The position numbers were made by a program, and so were the translations under genes. The notes beneath the pieces are model-generated. The model ran no database searches and was not told where the DNA came from. It saw nothing but the letters and a program-made list of their open reading frames with translations. A stretch of DNA of 63,249 bases, counting the filler, from Reticulomyxa filosa (lineage: Eukaryota; Protista; Foraminifera), in assembly GCA_000512085.1 (NCBI GenBank). It is 22 parts of 22 records of this genome, joined end to end, with 100 filler letters (N's around TTAATTAATTAA, not from the genome) between each part and the next. Parts side by side here need not be neighbours in the genome. Positions count along the whole stretch, not along the records: positions 37,503 to 38,645 come from ASPP01012228.1; positions 38,746 to 42,180 come from ASPP01001323.1; positions 42,281 to 46,160 come from ASPP01019899.1; positions 46,261 to 47,525 come from ASPP01032690.1; positions 47,626 to 53,564 come from ASPP01020337.1; 17 more parts are not named here. One strand, given 5' to 3'. Of the stretch, positions 38,078-50,700 are shown one piece after another (within the stretch, counting starts at the first letter, position 1; each line of letters begins with the position of its first letter).

Positions 38078-38645
38078 GATGACTTGCCCAGCAATGCGTC
38101 GTTGTCGGCGCCAAGTGGTGAACAGGCGGATTGCGCCAGCCGCTCGCCGTCGATGCGCAGGGGATTGGCGAGGACGCGCAGTTCGCCCTTCACCGGATGC
38201 GGCACGGCGGCGACCATGCCGGTCTCGCGCGCAAAGGAACTGTCGAGCGCCTCGTCGAGACGATAGACGGGCGCCGCCGGCAGCAACCCGTTCATCGCGG
38301 CCAGCCACTCCGCCGTCGTGCGGGTGCGGAACGTCACGTCGAGTTCGGCCGACATCGACGCACGATTGCGGGCGCGCGTGTTGGGATCGGGAAAGCGCGG
38401 ATCAGCCGCGAGATCGTTTCGGCCCGTCACCTCGCAGAGAGACAGCCAGAATTTCTGCGTCATGCACATGATGAAGATCCAGCCGTCCTTGGTCGGGAAG
38501 GTCTGGACCGGCGCCAGCGAAAGATGCGCGCTGCGCGGCACGCGCGGCGAGACATCGCCTTCGTTCAGGTACCACAAGCCGGGATAGGTGAGCTGGTGCA
38601 TGGCGACGTCGTAGAGGCAGGTGTCGACGTCGCAGCCCTGCCCGT
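38074..38645 (-). CDS. bacterial CaiB/BaiF class III CoA-transferase, C-terminal half
   Basis: GCDVDTCLYD, PVQTFPTKDGWIFI, DPRFPDPNTRARNR, PAAPV, SPLGADNDALL. Its TGA overlaps the next gene's ATG (ATGA at 38077-38074). Confidence 0.9.
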
Positions 38646-38745
38646 NNNNNNNNNNNNNNNNNNNNNNNNNNNNNNNNNNNNNNNNNNNNTTAATTAATTA
38701 ANNNNNNNNNNNNNNNNNNNNNNNNNNNNNNNNNNNNNNNNNNNN

Positions 38746-39698
38746 GTTTAGTTGTTTCAATATCCCATATTCGAATGGTATTATCACATGATCCAGAACA
38801 AATTGTATATCCATTTCCACCAATTAAACCAATATGATTCATTTTATTATCATTTTTGTTATTGTTTGGTAATGGTGAAATATCAACACACCAAACATTA
38901 TCTTCATGTCCATTGAAAACATGCAATGATTGTGATGTCTCAACATCCCATAAACGAATTGTATTGTCACCAGATCCAGAACACAAATATCTACCACCAT
39001 TAAATGATGAAAATTGAATATCATGAACATAGTCTGTATGTCCATTGAATATTTGTAATTGTTTATTATGTTTGAAATCCCAAAAACGAATAGTTTTATT
39101 TGTTAGTGAAGAACAAATTACATTTGTACTATGACATTGATAATAATATGATGAAAATTTTACAGAAAGAACAGGAGATTGATATTCATTAGTTGATTGA
39201 ATTTTATTTTTGTTATCAATATCCCATGCATTAACAATACCATCATAAGATCCAGAACAAATGAATTGACAATCATCAAATGTTGAATAATCAATACTGC
39301 AAACATTTTCTGTATGTCCAGTGAATGTGTTGATTAATTTGGATGATGATCGAAATGTATCAAATATTAGGACAGGATATACCTATGTTAAATAAATATT
39401 TGAATATTTTTAATTTATGTTTTAAAATAAAAAATAAATGAACTAACATATTTGACAATGAGTTTGTCAAACTCATGAATCCATCCGAATTTGATTTGCA
39501 ATATTCGAATCCAATGTTGTATAATATCTTGAATCTTTTCTTCTTCAGACTGTTCAAAATATGAATTATATACAAAAAATAAAATAATAAAAAAAAGTGA
39601 AAGTTTTTAACTTTCCAAAAGTCTAATTCTTTATCTTTTTTTACAAATGTACTGGAATAACTGTCTTGACCATCTTTCTTCTCATATATTGTAGCCAT
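38746..39698 (-). CDS. WD40-repeat protein (3'-truncated), paralog of 36649-37402
   Basis: ATG at 39698; exon EEEKIQDIIQHWIRILQIKFGWIHEFDK; open WD40 exon below about 39384. Confidence 0.92.
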
Positions 39699-42382
39699 GT
39701 TTTGTTTTATAGCTTTAATCAATCAAGTTCAAAGTGGTTTTTTTTTTCAGATTAAAGTTTGTATTTTGTTATTTCATTGAATCAACAGTAGAAAAATCTA
39801 GTTTTACTGTCTTTGGCATCATTTATTTCATAAATTATATTCTCTTTAATTTGCAAAATACTTTTTTTGCGTTGCATTTTTCATAAATACAAAGTAAACA
39901 TTTTTTGTGTCATTTTTTTTTCGAAAGGGGCTAGACAAATTAAGTTGATAATAGATTTTATATTTATATAATAAAGCGAGACATGTCCATTGAAATGACT
40001 ACATCACCTTTGGACTTTACATGCGCAATTGTGTACAACAATCTGTGTTGTTCGGTGTTATATAAGAAGAAAAGTTATTGAACAAAATGGAAAAAAATTT
40101 TATAAAAAGACGTAAATGCATATTGGATGGATAGTGCCAGTGGAGGCATCATTATTTGGAGACTGATATCTGTTATTATTTGTTTTGAGATGAAAATTTT
40201 TTCATATTAATACACATTGATGTCCACTCTGTTCCAAAATCAATTGTAATTATGTAATCGAAATTTTCAGTATTTTTATGAGGAATATTAATTTGCATTT
40301 GCGTTGGAATGCAAAGCCATTCTTCTGTTGATATTTGTTAATTTTCTATTAACCCACATACAAATGAATAATTTTTACCTGTTGTATCTTCAATTTCTTT
40401 TTGATCCTGGGATATTTTTGCTTTTTCTGTTGATTTGTTTGATGTTTTAAAAAAAAATTGATAAATATTCACCTAAAATGAAATTTGTTATTGATTTTAT
40501 TGATTTCTTTTTTTTTTTTTTTAACTCTTCACTCAAAACGAATTTTTTTTATTTAATAAATGAAAAACTTTTTGATTTGTATATCTTTTTGAAGTGCTGA
40601 TATATATAATGTCAAAAAAAATATTTTTGTTGATCCATGTTATAACTAACTTGGAACTATTTTCTTTGCAAATTCTGTATTACTTTTTTTTATTGATAAA
40701 AAAAATTAGATGTTTTATTTTTCTTACAAAATATTTTTGTTCAATGTAAAAACATATTTTATTTACTGATTTGTTGCTAGTGATCTTTCAATAAATATTT
40801 CTAAGAATCAAAGATTGAACCAAAAAAAAATTAGAAACCATTTGTTATCAATACACCAAATGATTTCTGTATGTTCATTAAAAATATGTAGTAATTTAGA
40901 TGTTTCGACATTTTATCTTTAATACAGAATATAAATATAGATCAATTCAATGCCAGTATGTTGATTAAATATTTGAAATTACTTATTTTCTTATTGTCAT
41001 ATGATAAAAAAAACAAATAATATGTTATATAGTAATGGTATTGTGAAAATTTCAACACAATACACATTATTTGAATGTTTATACAACGATTGATCTAGAG
41101 CAAATGAGTTAACTACTATCAAATATTGGACAATCAATACTCCATATTCAATCTTTGCGTCAATTGATCATATCTTTAACTCATCATTACTCAATGATGC
41201 TCTATTGTCAATATTTATGCTAACAACACTGCACATTCCTCCTCCATTTACCATGCAATCATATGTTACTTTATCTGTTTTTTTTTAAAAAATTTAATTT
41301 ATATCTGTTCGTTACGTCAAAGAGTAGCAAAAAATTTTCATTCTCTTGATGGTATTCAATTAGTTCTCTATCTTCCATTTACTCATGAGTTAGTTGAAGT
41401 GAAGGTTTTAGAAATGAAAGAGGAAACAAATTTATTGTTCCACATTGAATCTTTGTATGAACAAAAAACAACCTCAAATTAATATTGGCCGTAAACATTA
41501 TTAGTACTTCCTTCAAAAATAGCATAAACAAAAGCGAATACTGGCACTCTGGCAAGAAAATTAACACACACACACAAAAAGACACTGTAGGAAGCTCAGG
41601 TACAGAAGTTGTAAGTGTAATACGACGACGAATACTTTTATTGAGAGCAGTCTCAATACAACAAAATTGATTTAAAGAAAGAATACTTAACAACAAGAAA
41701 AGAAAAATGATGAAAATAAATCAAAAAATGATAGTTCAATCAAAGGCCCAGTTTATGTTCGGGATGAAAATATGTGAATAAAGCTTTTTGATTTATCTTT
41801 TTTTTCCTTCATTAAAAATATCATGTTGCCAAAAACGTAAGATTGAATGTAAACGGATTTTTAAATAATACTTTTTAAACTTCTTTGTTTTCAAAGTGAT
41901 GTAAATGGATATAGAATATAATATTATTAAGAATATCTTCTCTTTGCAAATAGCCACAGCTTAGATAGAGCTATCTTAAGATGAACTATTCCTGAGAATA
42001 AAAGAATTTTTTACCTGAATGTATTCTTTTGAGTTATCGATCATTCATATCCTGCTTCAGGAAAAGATATTGTTTTTGATAATGCGCACTGTTGTCCTTT
42101 TTATTTTATCCTGTTTTGAATGTTCGATACTATATAAAAAAAAATTGCAAATAGACATCAAAAAAAAAAAATTTAAAAAANNNNNNNNNNNNNNNNNNNN
42201 NNNNNNNNNNNNNNNNNNNNNNNNTTAATTAATTAANNNNNNNNNNNNNNNNNNNNNNNNNNNNNNNNNNNNNNNNNNNNAAAAAAAAAAAAAATGAATA
42301 AACATTAAAACGTGTTAAAACAAAAAAAACTTTAACAATAATAACACATCTTTATATATTTGATATTTTTAATACTAATTAG

Positions 42383-42682
42383 AATGAAGAACGCACAATT
42401 GAATGCACCAATGGTCATCCGATATATGTAAATAAAGAAGGATGGAAAACGGTAAGCGGCGTTTCCCATGAAATGTATGATTTTAAAATCCAGAAACTAA
42501 AAGTTGGCGATCAAGTTTGTTTAGAAAGCGGACACCTTGCTCAAATTACCCACATTCATTCCACTTCTCTCAAAGAACCTGTCACCGTTTACAATTTGAC
42601 CGCGTCTAAGGGTCACACCTTCTTTGCCAATGGTTTGTTTGTCCACAATAAAGGATTTTGTGAAGGTTGCATCATTTTGTAA
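42383..42682 (+). CDS. last exon of a Hint (intein-like) domain protein ending in a CaaX box
   Basis: Acceptor ctaattag| then NEERTIECTNGHPIYV (block B TxxH), LKVGDQV, VYNLTASKGHTFFANGLFVHN (blocks F/G), then KGFCEGCIIL*. Confidence 0.88.
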   Translation, partial: NEERTIECTNGHPIYVNKEGWKTVSGVSHEMYDFKIQKLKVGDQVCLESGHLAQITHIHSTSLKEPVTVYNLTASKGHTFFANGLFVHNKGFCEGCIIL

Positions 42683-43331
42683 TTTGTTTCTTTTGTGTTT
42701 TTTTTTTTTGTGTTGCTCTTCCTTCCTCTGGTCTCTTTTCCACCTTTTTTGTTTTTTTTGACTGTCTTCATGCCAACTAGCACAGTTTTTTTTTGAAATT
42801 TGAAATTGACAAAATGGAAACCTACGGACAGCACAAGGAAATAGAAAAAACATTAATTTTTTGTTGGGTGTTTGAGATTAAGGAATGATTTTGAAATGTA
42901 ACTAGTTGCAGCATATTCGCATGTCAAATAACTTGTCATTTGAGAAATACTTTGTCTTTTAAATTATTAAGAAAAACAAGAGAAAAAAATAAGATCAATA
43001 GATTGACTGACTTTTCAAAAAAATTTGCAAAAGGTTCCAAAACATTAAATTTATATTTTATACTACGAACAGTTTGCGAATGCTAAGGTCTTCTTTGATT
43101 GCGCGTATTGAGAGGCGTAAATTAACAAAATCACAACAAAACAAAAGAGAATATGGTGCGCAGTGCAAAGTTCAACAACACAACAACAACAAAAAATAAT
43201 AATAAACGAAAGTAGGCAATGATTACACGAAGAACCAATCTAATGACCAAAAAAATAAAATAAAAATTTTTCATCATTTGATGGCCCCTGTTGCCTCTCT
43301 TTTTTTTTTTGTTTGTCCAAAACAAGTTTTC

Positions 43332-44740
43332 CTACATCTTAGCTTGTAAAGCAACAGCTTGTTTCTGTTTCATTAATTCCAATTGCTTTGAGCCCTTAAC
43401 CCATTCTCCTTCCTCAAATCGATCGGTTTCGTATCTTTCATACAATTTGACAAACCAGGGCCACTGAAACGAGTCCAATTCATTGTAGTTTTGCGTAATT
43501 TCTTCGCCTTTCTGGATATCTCTCATCGCTATACAATCCCAATGCACAACTGTTGATGGGTCACTTAACCACTTTCGATCACTTGGATTTGGCATGATAT
43601 CTTCCGCTCGTTTGCCATTTTCGAACTTATTTAATACATTGTAGTTGCTAATGTTAGCTCTGTTATTGTGGTTTACAAATCGTCCGATCGACATTTCTAT
43701 TAATACTACCTTATTTCGATTGAACAACAAACATACCACAACACACGAGGAGTTACGTATATAAGCCAACAAAAAAAAAAGGGGGGGGGGGATAATAGGG
43801 GGGGGGGACATTTTAATTTTCTCCTAAAAGAGAACTAACTATAAAAGGAAGAAGACCTTAAAAAAAAAAATTAAATTTTTTTTAAAGTTGTTAAAAAAAA
43901 AAAAATATGAGGCCACCCGCGCGCAAGTTACGAAAAAAAAAAAAAGGAAGGAAACAAAAACAAAAAAAAAATGTTTTTTTGTTGTTGTTGCTTACATTTG
44001 GTATCGGCCAATCATGCATACAATAGCAATAAGACAAAAAACGAGTTCGCTCTCCATCGTTCTCTAAGTTGCATAAAATTTGTTTGAGTTCAAGCTCGTT
44101 GAGCTGGAAGAAATCATCGCTGTTACAAAATTTCCAGGAATAAACAATTGTTCCCTTGGGAATGTATGCCTCGCTGAACACACCAAACCCCTTAAGCATA
44201 GGAACAACACGAATGCTGACAGGGACCTCAAACGTCAAACTGTCGCGCTTTGCGCACATAATCGAACCATTTCGATTGGCCAACACGTCGAAATGTTCGT
44301 AATAGGGTTCCATTTGGACACAGATTCGTTTCCACTTGGCTGCCACCAAATCGACTTTTTCTTGGGAACATACGCCGTTCCACTGAGGAAAACAAGGAGT
44401 TATCATCGTTCGATTATAAATCCTTGAGGATAACGGTGAATTTCCATTCCCACCATTGCGGTTGTTTTTTTTTGCTTCCATTGCTTCCGTTTGTTGCCGA
44501 AGACGTTACTGCATTACTGCCATTGGCACCATTACTGTTGCCACTACCGCCATTGCTGCCGCCATTATCGTTTTCAGGGGCTTGGACCACTACGAGTGTT
44601 GGGTAATAGGTGGAGAACGGAGTGCCTGCACTTAGCGAATTTGAGGTTCGTCTGCTCTTCAAATCATTTTCATTCAACAATTTCCGAGCAAGACTTTTCG
44701 GTAAGTGGCAAGGCTTCACCGTTGGGTTAAGTGCGCTCAT
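43332..44740 (-). CDS. SET-domain methyltransferase-like protein (apparent frameshift at an A9 run near 44465)
   Basis: KGFGVFSEAYIPKGTIV, RFVNH, IAMRDIQKGEEITQNY; intron at 43710-43995. Confidence 0.85.
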
Positions 44741-45569
44741 CAGACCAAAAATTATGTTGTGCAAACTTTGGGACAAAGAAAAACCTAAAAAAAAAAAAAA
44801 AAAAAACAAAACCCCACAACGTACCACTAAACAAGTTGATTTTGGACAACTGGGGCAAATGCCACACTGTAATGAAAGCTGTCTTGACTTGGTGAAGGAA
44901 TATGGTACTTTTTAATTTTTTTTTGTTGTGATAATGCTGAATTTATGAATAATTCCAATAACGTAGGTATTTCTCAAAACTAAGTGTGTCTTCTTCAAAT
45001 TGTTTTGAATGCATGACACTTTTACAAAGAAAAAAGTTTGTTTCTTCGTCTAGTTTTTTAATTTTTTAAAATTTTTTTCCTAGAACGTCCTTAAAGTTAT
45101 TTTTCCTAATTTCATCAGTGATTTTCATCGACTGAAATTATTCTTTCAGTATTAAAGATGATTCAAACAGCACATAAAAGTTGAGTGAGTAATAGAGTGA
45201 TACAAAAGAAAAAGGGCAGTAAACGACTGAGGGGTAGAGTCGAAAAAAAAAGAATTTCCCCCCCCCCTTTGGGAAATAGATATTGGCGAGGTCGACAACA
45301 ATGAAAGTGAGTCTGAGTCAGAAGAATTATCAAAATGCCCGAAAACAGCTGAGCAATCGCGTCATGACGAATTGAGAAAAATATTTTATCGAACTCATGA
45401 CCACAATGAATCTGGTACTTTTCTATTATTATTGTTTTATTATTGTACACACATATATTTCCTATTATGTGTCCATTTTGAATCTTACAAAAAAAACTTG
45501 ATTTTTAAATTTTTTTTTAAAAAAAAAAACGTGTTCGAATTTGTTCGATGGAAAAAAAAAAAAAAAAAA

Positions 45570-45947
45570 GCGAAAATATTGCGTCCAAGCCAACACCAAT
45601 TACTTCAAGAACATCAACAAACGCAAAACTATGAGTTAGCAACGCCAACTGGAGGGCCGTTAAAGAGTAGTAACGACAATGTGTTTGTGGTGTCCTCGAT
45701 ATCATTTCCGTTTATGTCGCCAATGAGTAGTTTGAGCAGTTGCGATTCCAAGGACTTTTCGTTAATGTTGCAGTCACGTGAGATCCTCAGCGATTATGGC
45801 AACGCCAACGAGGTTATAAAAGAAAAGGAAATTGAAATCGATATTGACAAACAACAACAAAAAAACGAAAAAGTCAGCAGCACGAATAGCGAAGCAAACG
45901 TGATCCATTACAACAATAATAACAATAGCAATAACAATGACAATAAC

Positions 45948-45991
<44 letters not shown>

Positions 45992-46160
45992 TAACGTCAA
46001 TTCGAATATAACAACAACAACGGCACATACCAATCCCAATGCGAATCTCGGCAAAAATATCAATGCAAGCGCGAACACAACAGCCAATGCCAATATCAAC
46101 ACCAACAGCAATATCAACAGTAATATCAACACCAATACCAACACCAATACCAATACCAAT
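45570..46160 (+). CDS. Asn-rich low-complexity protein fragment
   Basis: Open frame with poly-N and (TN)n tracts running into the gap; no domain recognised. Confidence 0.4.
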
Positions 46161-46260
46161 NNNNNNNNNNNNNNNNNNNNNNNNNNNNNNNNNNNNNNNN
46201 NNNNTTAATTAATTAANNNNNNNNNNNNNNNNNNNNNNNNNNNNNNNNNNNNNNNNNNNN

Positions 46261-47525
46261 CGTATTTGTACTTTCCATTTCTTTAATTCATTTTGAATAA
46301 TCTTTCTTTTTGGTAACGTCCATCCACTAATACTTTCCATCCTTGAGAAGTAAGATATTCCACACAATATTTGAATTGGACCATTTTTGAATGTTTCATT
46401 CAATTCTTTTCTTTGATATGTCATTAAATAGCGCAACATAAAACATGTTGTAGGAGGTGAAAAGAAAGTAAAGTCCAACAACATTTGATTATTATTAACA
46501 TTATCTTGACGCCAATAACTTAATGAATGAATATAATTGGAATTTTGGAATAATATTTCTTCAATATCTTTAACTCCTTTCATCCATGATTTTTTATTTA
46601 ATTCTACATATGATTGAATCAGATTATTGACATCTTTTAATGAAATAGAAGTAGGTTCATGTTTGGCATCAGGATATAACTTATTTTCAAAAATATCCAA
46701 AAATTTTTGATGATGAAATGATAATTTTTTAATTTCATTTCCATTCAATGTTTTCATTATTCTCAAATGTACTATACTTTTCAATGATATCATAAGCTTA
46801 TTTTGCAAGTCAATATTCTTATTATTGGAAGCCAATTTTGGAATTTGATTATCATAAAAATCAAGCATTTCTTTTACTTTATTTGCTTTTAAAAATCCTG
46901 ACATAATTGTTGTGCATGTTATTTCATTGATTGGAATAAATTTTTCTGGTCGTTGTGAATAATTTAATATCTCCATCATCTTTTCCGTTTCTCTACATTT
47001 TGCATATACATTCAACATTGAACTTATTGCAATTATATTAATATCAATATTAGGATCATTTATCATTTTATTCCAAATTAATTCAGCATTTTTAATATCA
47101 TGTGCATTTGCACAAACTGATAATAAAGAAGTAAAAGTGATCAAATTTGGTTCAATTTTATATGTATCAGTCATTAAAATAAGATAATGTAATGCCTGTT
47201 TAATATCTCCTCTATTTGCACATCCCCTAATCATTGTACTAAATGTAATGATATCAGGAATCAATGATTGATAACCATATCGAACTTGTTGTTGTTCAAA
47301 CCATTGTTCAAAATAGTTTTCTTGCAAATCAAATTTATTCCACACACCTAAATGATATAAAACTGTATTATAAAATATAATATTTGGATGAATATTTTTA
47401 CTTTCCGCAATTTCAATAATTTGCTTGATCAAATTAGGGCATTTTAATTTTGAACATTTTTTAACGGCTGCAGAATAGATAGAGATATCTTGAAATGGAT
47501 TTTCTTTGAGACATTGAATAATTTT
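46261..47525 (-). CDS. pentatricopeptide-repeat protein with probable C-terminal SMR domain (truncated both ends)
   Basis: About 35-aa units: PNIIFYNTVL, PDIITFSTMIRGCANRGDIKQA, PNLITFTSLLSVCA, INIIAISSMLNVYAKC, NEITCTTIMSGF. C-terminal LDFTFFS..IQILCG. Confidence 0.85.
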
Positions 47526-47625
47526 NNNNNNNNNNNNNNNNNNNNNNNNNNNNNNNNNNNNNNNNNNNNTTAATTAATTAANNNNNNNNNNNNNNNNNNN
47601 NNNNNNNNNNNNNNNNNNNNNNNNN

Positions 47626-47666
<41 letters not shown>

Positions 47667-47737
47667 GGAGAGATTTGCACATCTTTTTTAAAATTTATTC
47701 CCTCCGTTTTTTTTTTTTAAATTAACATTCAAAACAG

Positions 47738-50700
47738 GGGCTTAGTCAATACTATGGACGTGAAGTGTTGCCAGAAGAATTGCAACAAGTGTTGTTACAG
47801 TCACAACAGCAACTGACACAAGAACGGTATCAAGCGAGCATTGTTCGTGCCAGGGAGCGTCGGGAAAGACAGCGCGAGGCGATGGCGGAAAATGAGATGG
47901 ACATGGAAGCAGCAGACGCGAGATCGATAAGCTCGAATGACATGCAGGAAGATAGGAATGCAGAACGTTTCAGAGAAGGGCACGACGATGACGACGATGA
48001 CGATGACGAAGAAGATGATGATGATGATGATGAGAATGACCACGACCACGAACACAAACGCGAACATGAGCATGAGCATGAAAATGATGAAGAACAAGGA
48101 CAGGAAGAAGAAGTAGAAGAACAGCAACAACAACAAGATGACGAAAAAAAGACAGGAAATGAATACATCTCCGTTATTATTTTCGTCTTCTAACCGCTCA
48201 CAACGACGACAACAACAACATCAACAACAGAGACAACGACAACAATCGAATAAACAAAAACAAGTCTCGGAAGGCGAAGAACCATTTCAAGCACATAAAC
48301 TATTGTTCTTTTTGTTACAAAGTTGCATTGATGAAGTATCCGACGGCTGCAAACGCGTGAAAGAAATTAGCGAAAGTAACAAAGATGTGCTAAAAAAAAA
48401 GAAGCATGGGAAGAGACCAAACGCAAGGCATTGTCATCCTCACAACAAGCAAAGGCAAATCCTGAGGAACTCAAAAAAAAAGAAACTGGGAAGAAAAAAA
48501 AAAAAAAATGAAAAGCCCACTTCTACTGACTCAAGCAATACGTCCCAACATGCAGTCGATTCTGCCAACAAAAACAATCTCAGTCCACACAAACAAAAAG
48601 ACGATGATAAACCAGACTTTTCATTGAAACAAGTGTTCCCAACATCATCTCCGTTGACCAGATTACTGATTATTGTCCAAAGAGAGCTGTTCATCAAAGC
48701 AAACTCGCACAGACAATCGTCTCATGCCGATGTCAATTTGCTGCAAGAGTATATCCTCAAAGCTATCCACGCTTCCATTTTTATTCTAACACAGTATTTG
48801 TATACGTTGTTTGCAGAGTATCGAAGCGAATGTTTAAATATCATTTCCAATAGTTTCATTGGCAAAGCCCTCCTTCCATTGCTTACTGTTTTGTCTGGAA
48901 CCATTCTAACAGAAGTACTTCGAGATGTTGCCGAAAGTTTATTTTTATTTTTTAAAAAAAATTATTAATAATGATAAGTATACGTATTATGTTTTTTTTT
49001 TAAAAATTTTTTTGCAAACAGAAACATGGCAAGATTTGACCGAGTTTTTACTTGTGTTGGACGAACTGTGCAATATGGACGAAGAAATTTCCAATGAATT
49101 GGCCCAATTGCAAAGCGTGCAGCCATTAACTGGAGACAACTCTGTGTTGGTCGAATCTGCACATTCCTACCTGCCCAACACATTGGATGAAAAGCATGTT
49201 TCCATCCCTGGGGCCAACTTTTTGATATTGCAGTTTGACGAGCGATGCAACACAGAACGCGGACAAGATTATTTGCAGCTGTGTTTAGCCGACGGCACTC
49301 CCATTTGTAGTGACTTGCATGGCCCGCCGCATGAATGGAATACGTCACCATTGATTGTCCCTCACAACGAAATTTTATTCCGATTCCAGTCACGACTGTC
49401 CGGATCCCAAAGTCAGCACCACTGGGGATACGCTTGTTTGGTCACCGGAATTCGACTCGGACATCACCCAAAGCATTCCATTATGTTAGATTTATTACAT
49501 ACCGCTGCAAACGTTGTTGGAAAAGTTGAGACTTTCAATTGATTTGCATTTACTTCAACTTTTTTTTTTTTTTTGCATTGAATTTTATACACGCAAATGG
49601 ACAAGATTTGTTCAATTGCGGATATATATTTATTCAGATGATCATTGAAGTTCATTTTAAGCCAAAAAAAAAAAAATCAGAGTTTGAGAACGTTAATGGT
49701 CGGTCGAGAACCCGACGAGACGGAAAAAGCCCACTTGAAGTGGCTGACGTCGCCGCTATTCAGTCGAGGACGTGAAAAATATTTTGTAGAAGAGAAATCG
49801 GAAAAAGATAAGGACGACAGCAAAGAAAAGGAGCTAAAAAAAAAAGAGCGATCTTTGGTTGGTTGCAGCGACAATCAACTGGAGAGCCCAAAGCCGAAAC
49901 AATTCAATCTAAGCATCAACATGGGATCTCCTTCGTGGTCTCCCGTCGTTTCTCACCAAAGCTTTCTTGAAGATTTGGCTGTGATGAAAGTAGATTCCAA
50001 GGCCGCCGAGTTTGTCCGCAAAATGTTTGGCCAGCTTAAAAAAGAGGCAACTGATCGCATCGGCGGGAAGATTGTGGACCAAACAATACATTACGCAATC
50101 GCAGCTATTCTCAAACATTTGGGATTGGTGGAAATTGCCAGAAAGTTTGCTTCTGGTTCAGAATCGGTAAGTTTCATTTGTATTCATTTGAGAGTGGTCA
50201 TGCACTAGAATACGATATGCACGTCCAAATATATATATCTGTATATATGTATGTATACGTATAGTAACAACTAGTTGTTTTTGTTTTTTTTTTTTTTGTG
50301 ACGAGGGTAACAGACACCAGGCCATATGCAAAGTCAATGGAATCAAAAGTTGCTATTTGTCTTTAAATTAGCAAAACGACTGAGACAATGGATTATTAAT
50401 GAAAAACAGTCGCTGCAACAAGATTACGAAAGGACGATTACCGAGGCCTCTGAACGGGGAGAACAATTAGATGCCCAGCAAATCAAGGTATAAGTGGTCT
50501 TCATATGTTTTAATGTACTCGATTCAATTCAATTCAGTTGGACTCGATTCATTGACTTGTTTGTTTCGATGACACAGAGGTTCGAAGAGAGAACCACCTA
50601 CGAAGGCCTCTGCAACGAAATGATCGAAAAAGCGAAATTCCTGTTATCAATGCGTCCATATTGTCGAATGTACATGCAAGGATTGACCTCGGATGAAGAA

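Noticed and set aside
36649-39698. Bacterial genes inserted between inverted WD40 copies (horizontal transfer or transposon)
   Set aside because: Both junctions are spacers, so there is no physical linkage.
42383-42682. A canonical splicing intein or a Hedgehog protein
   Set aside because: The +1 residue is Lys, there is no endonuclease, and no sterol-recognition region follows the Hint domain.
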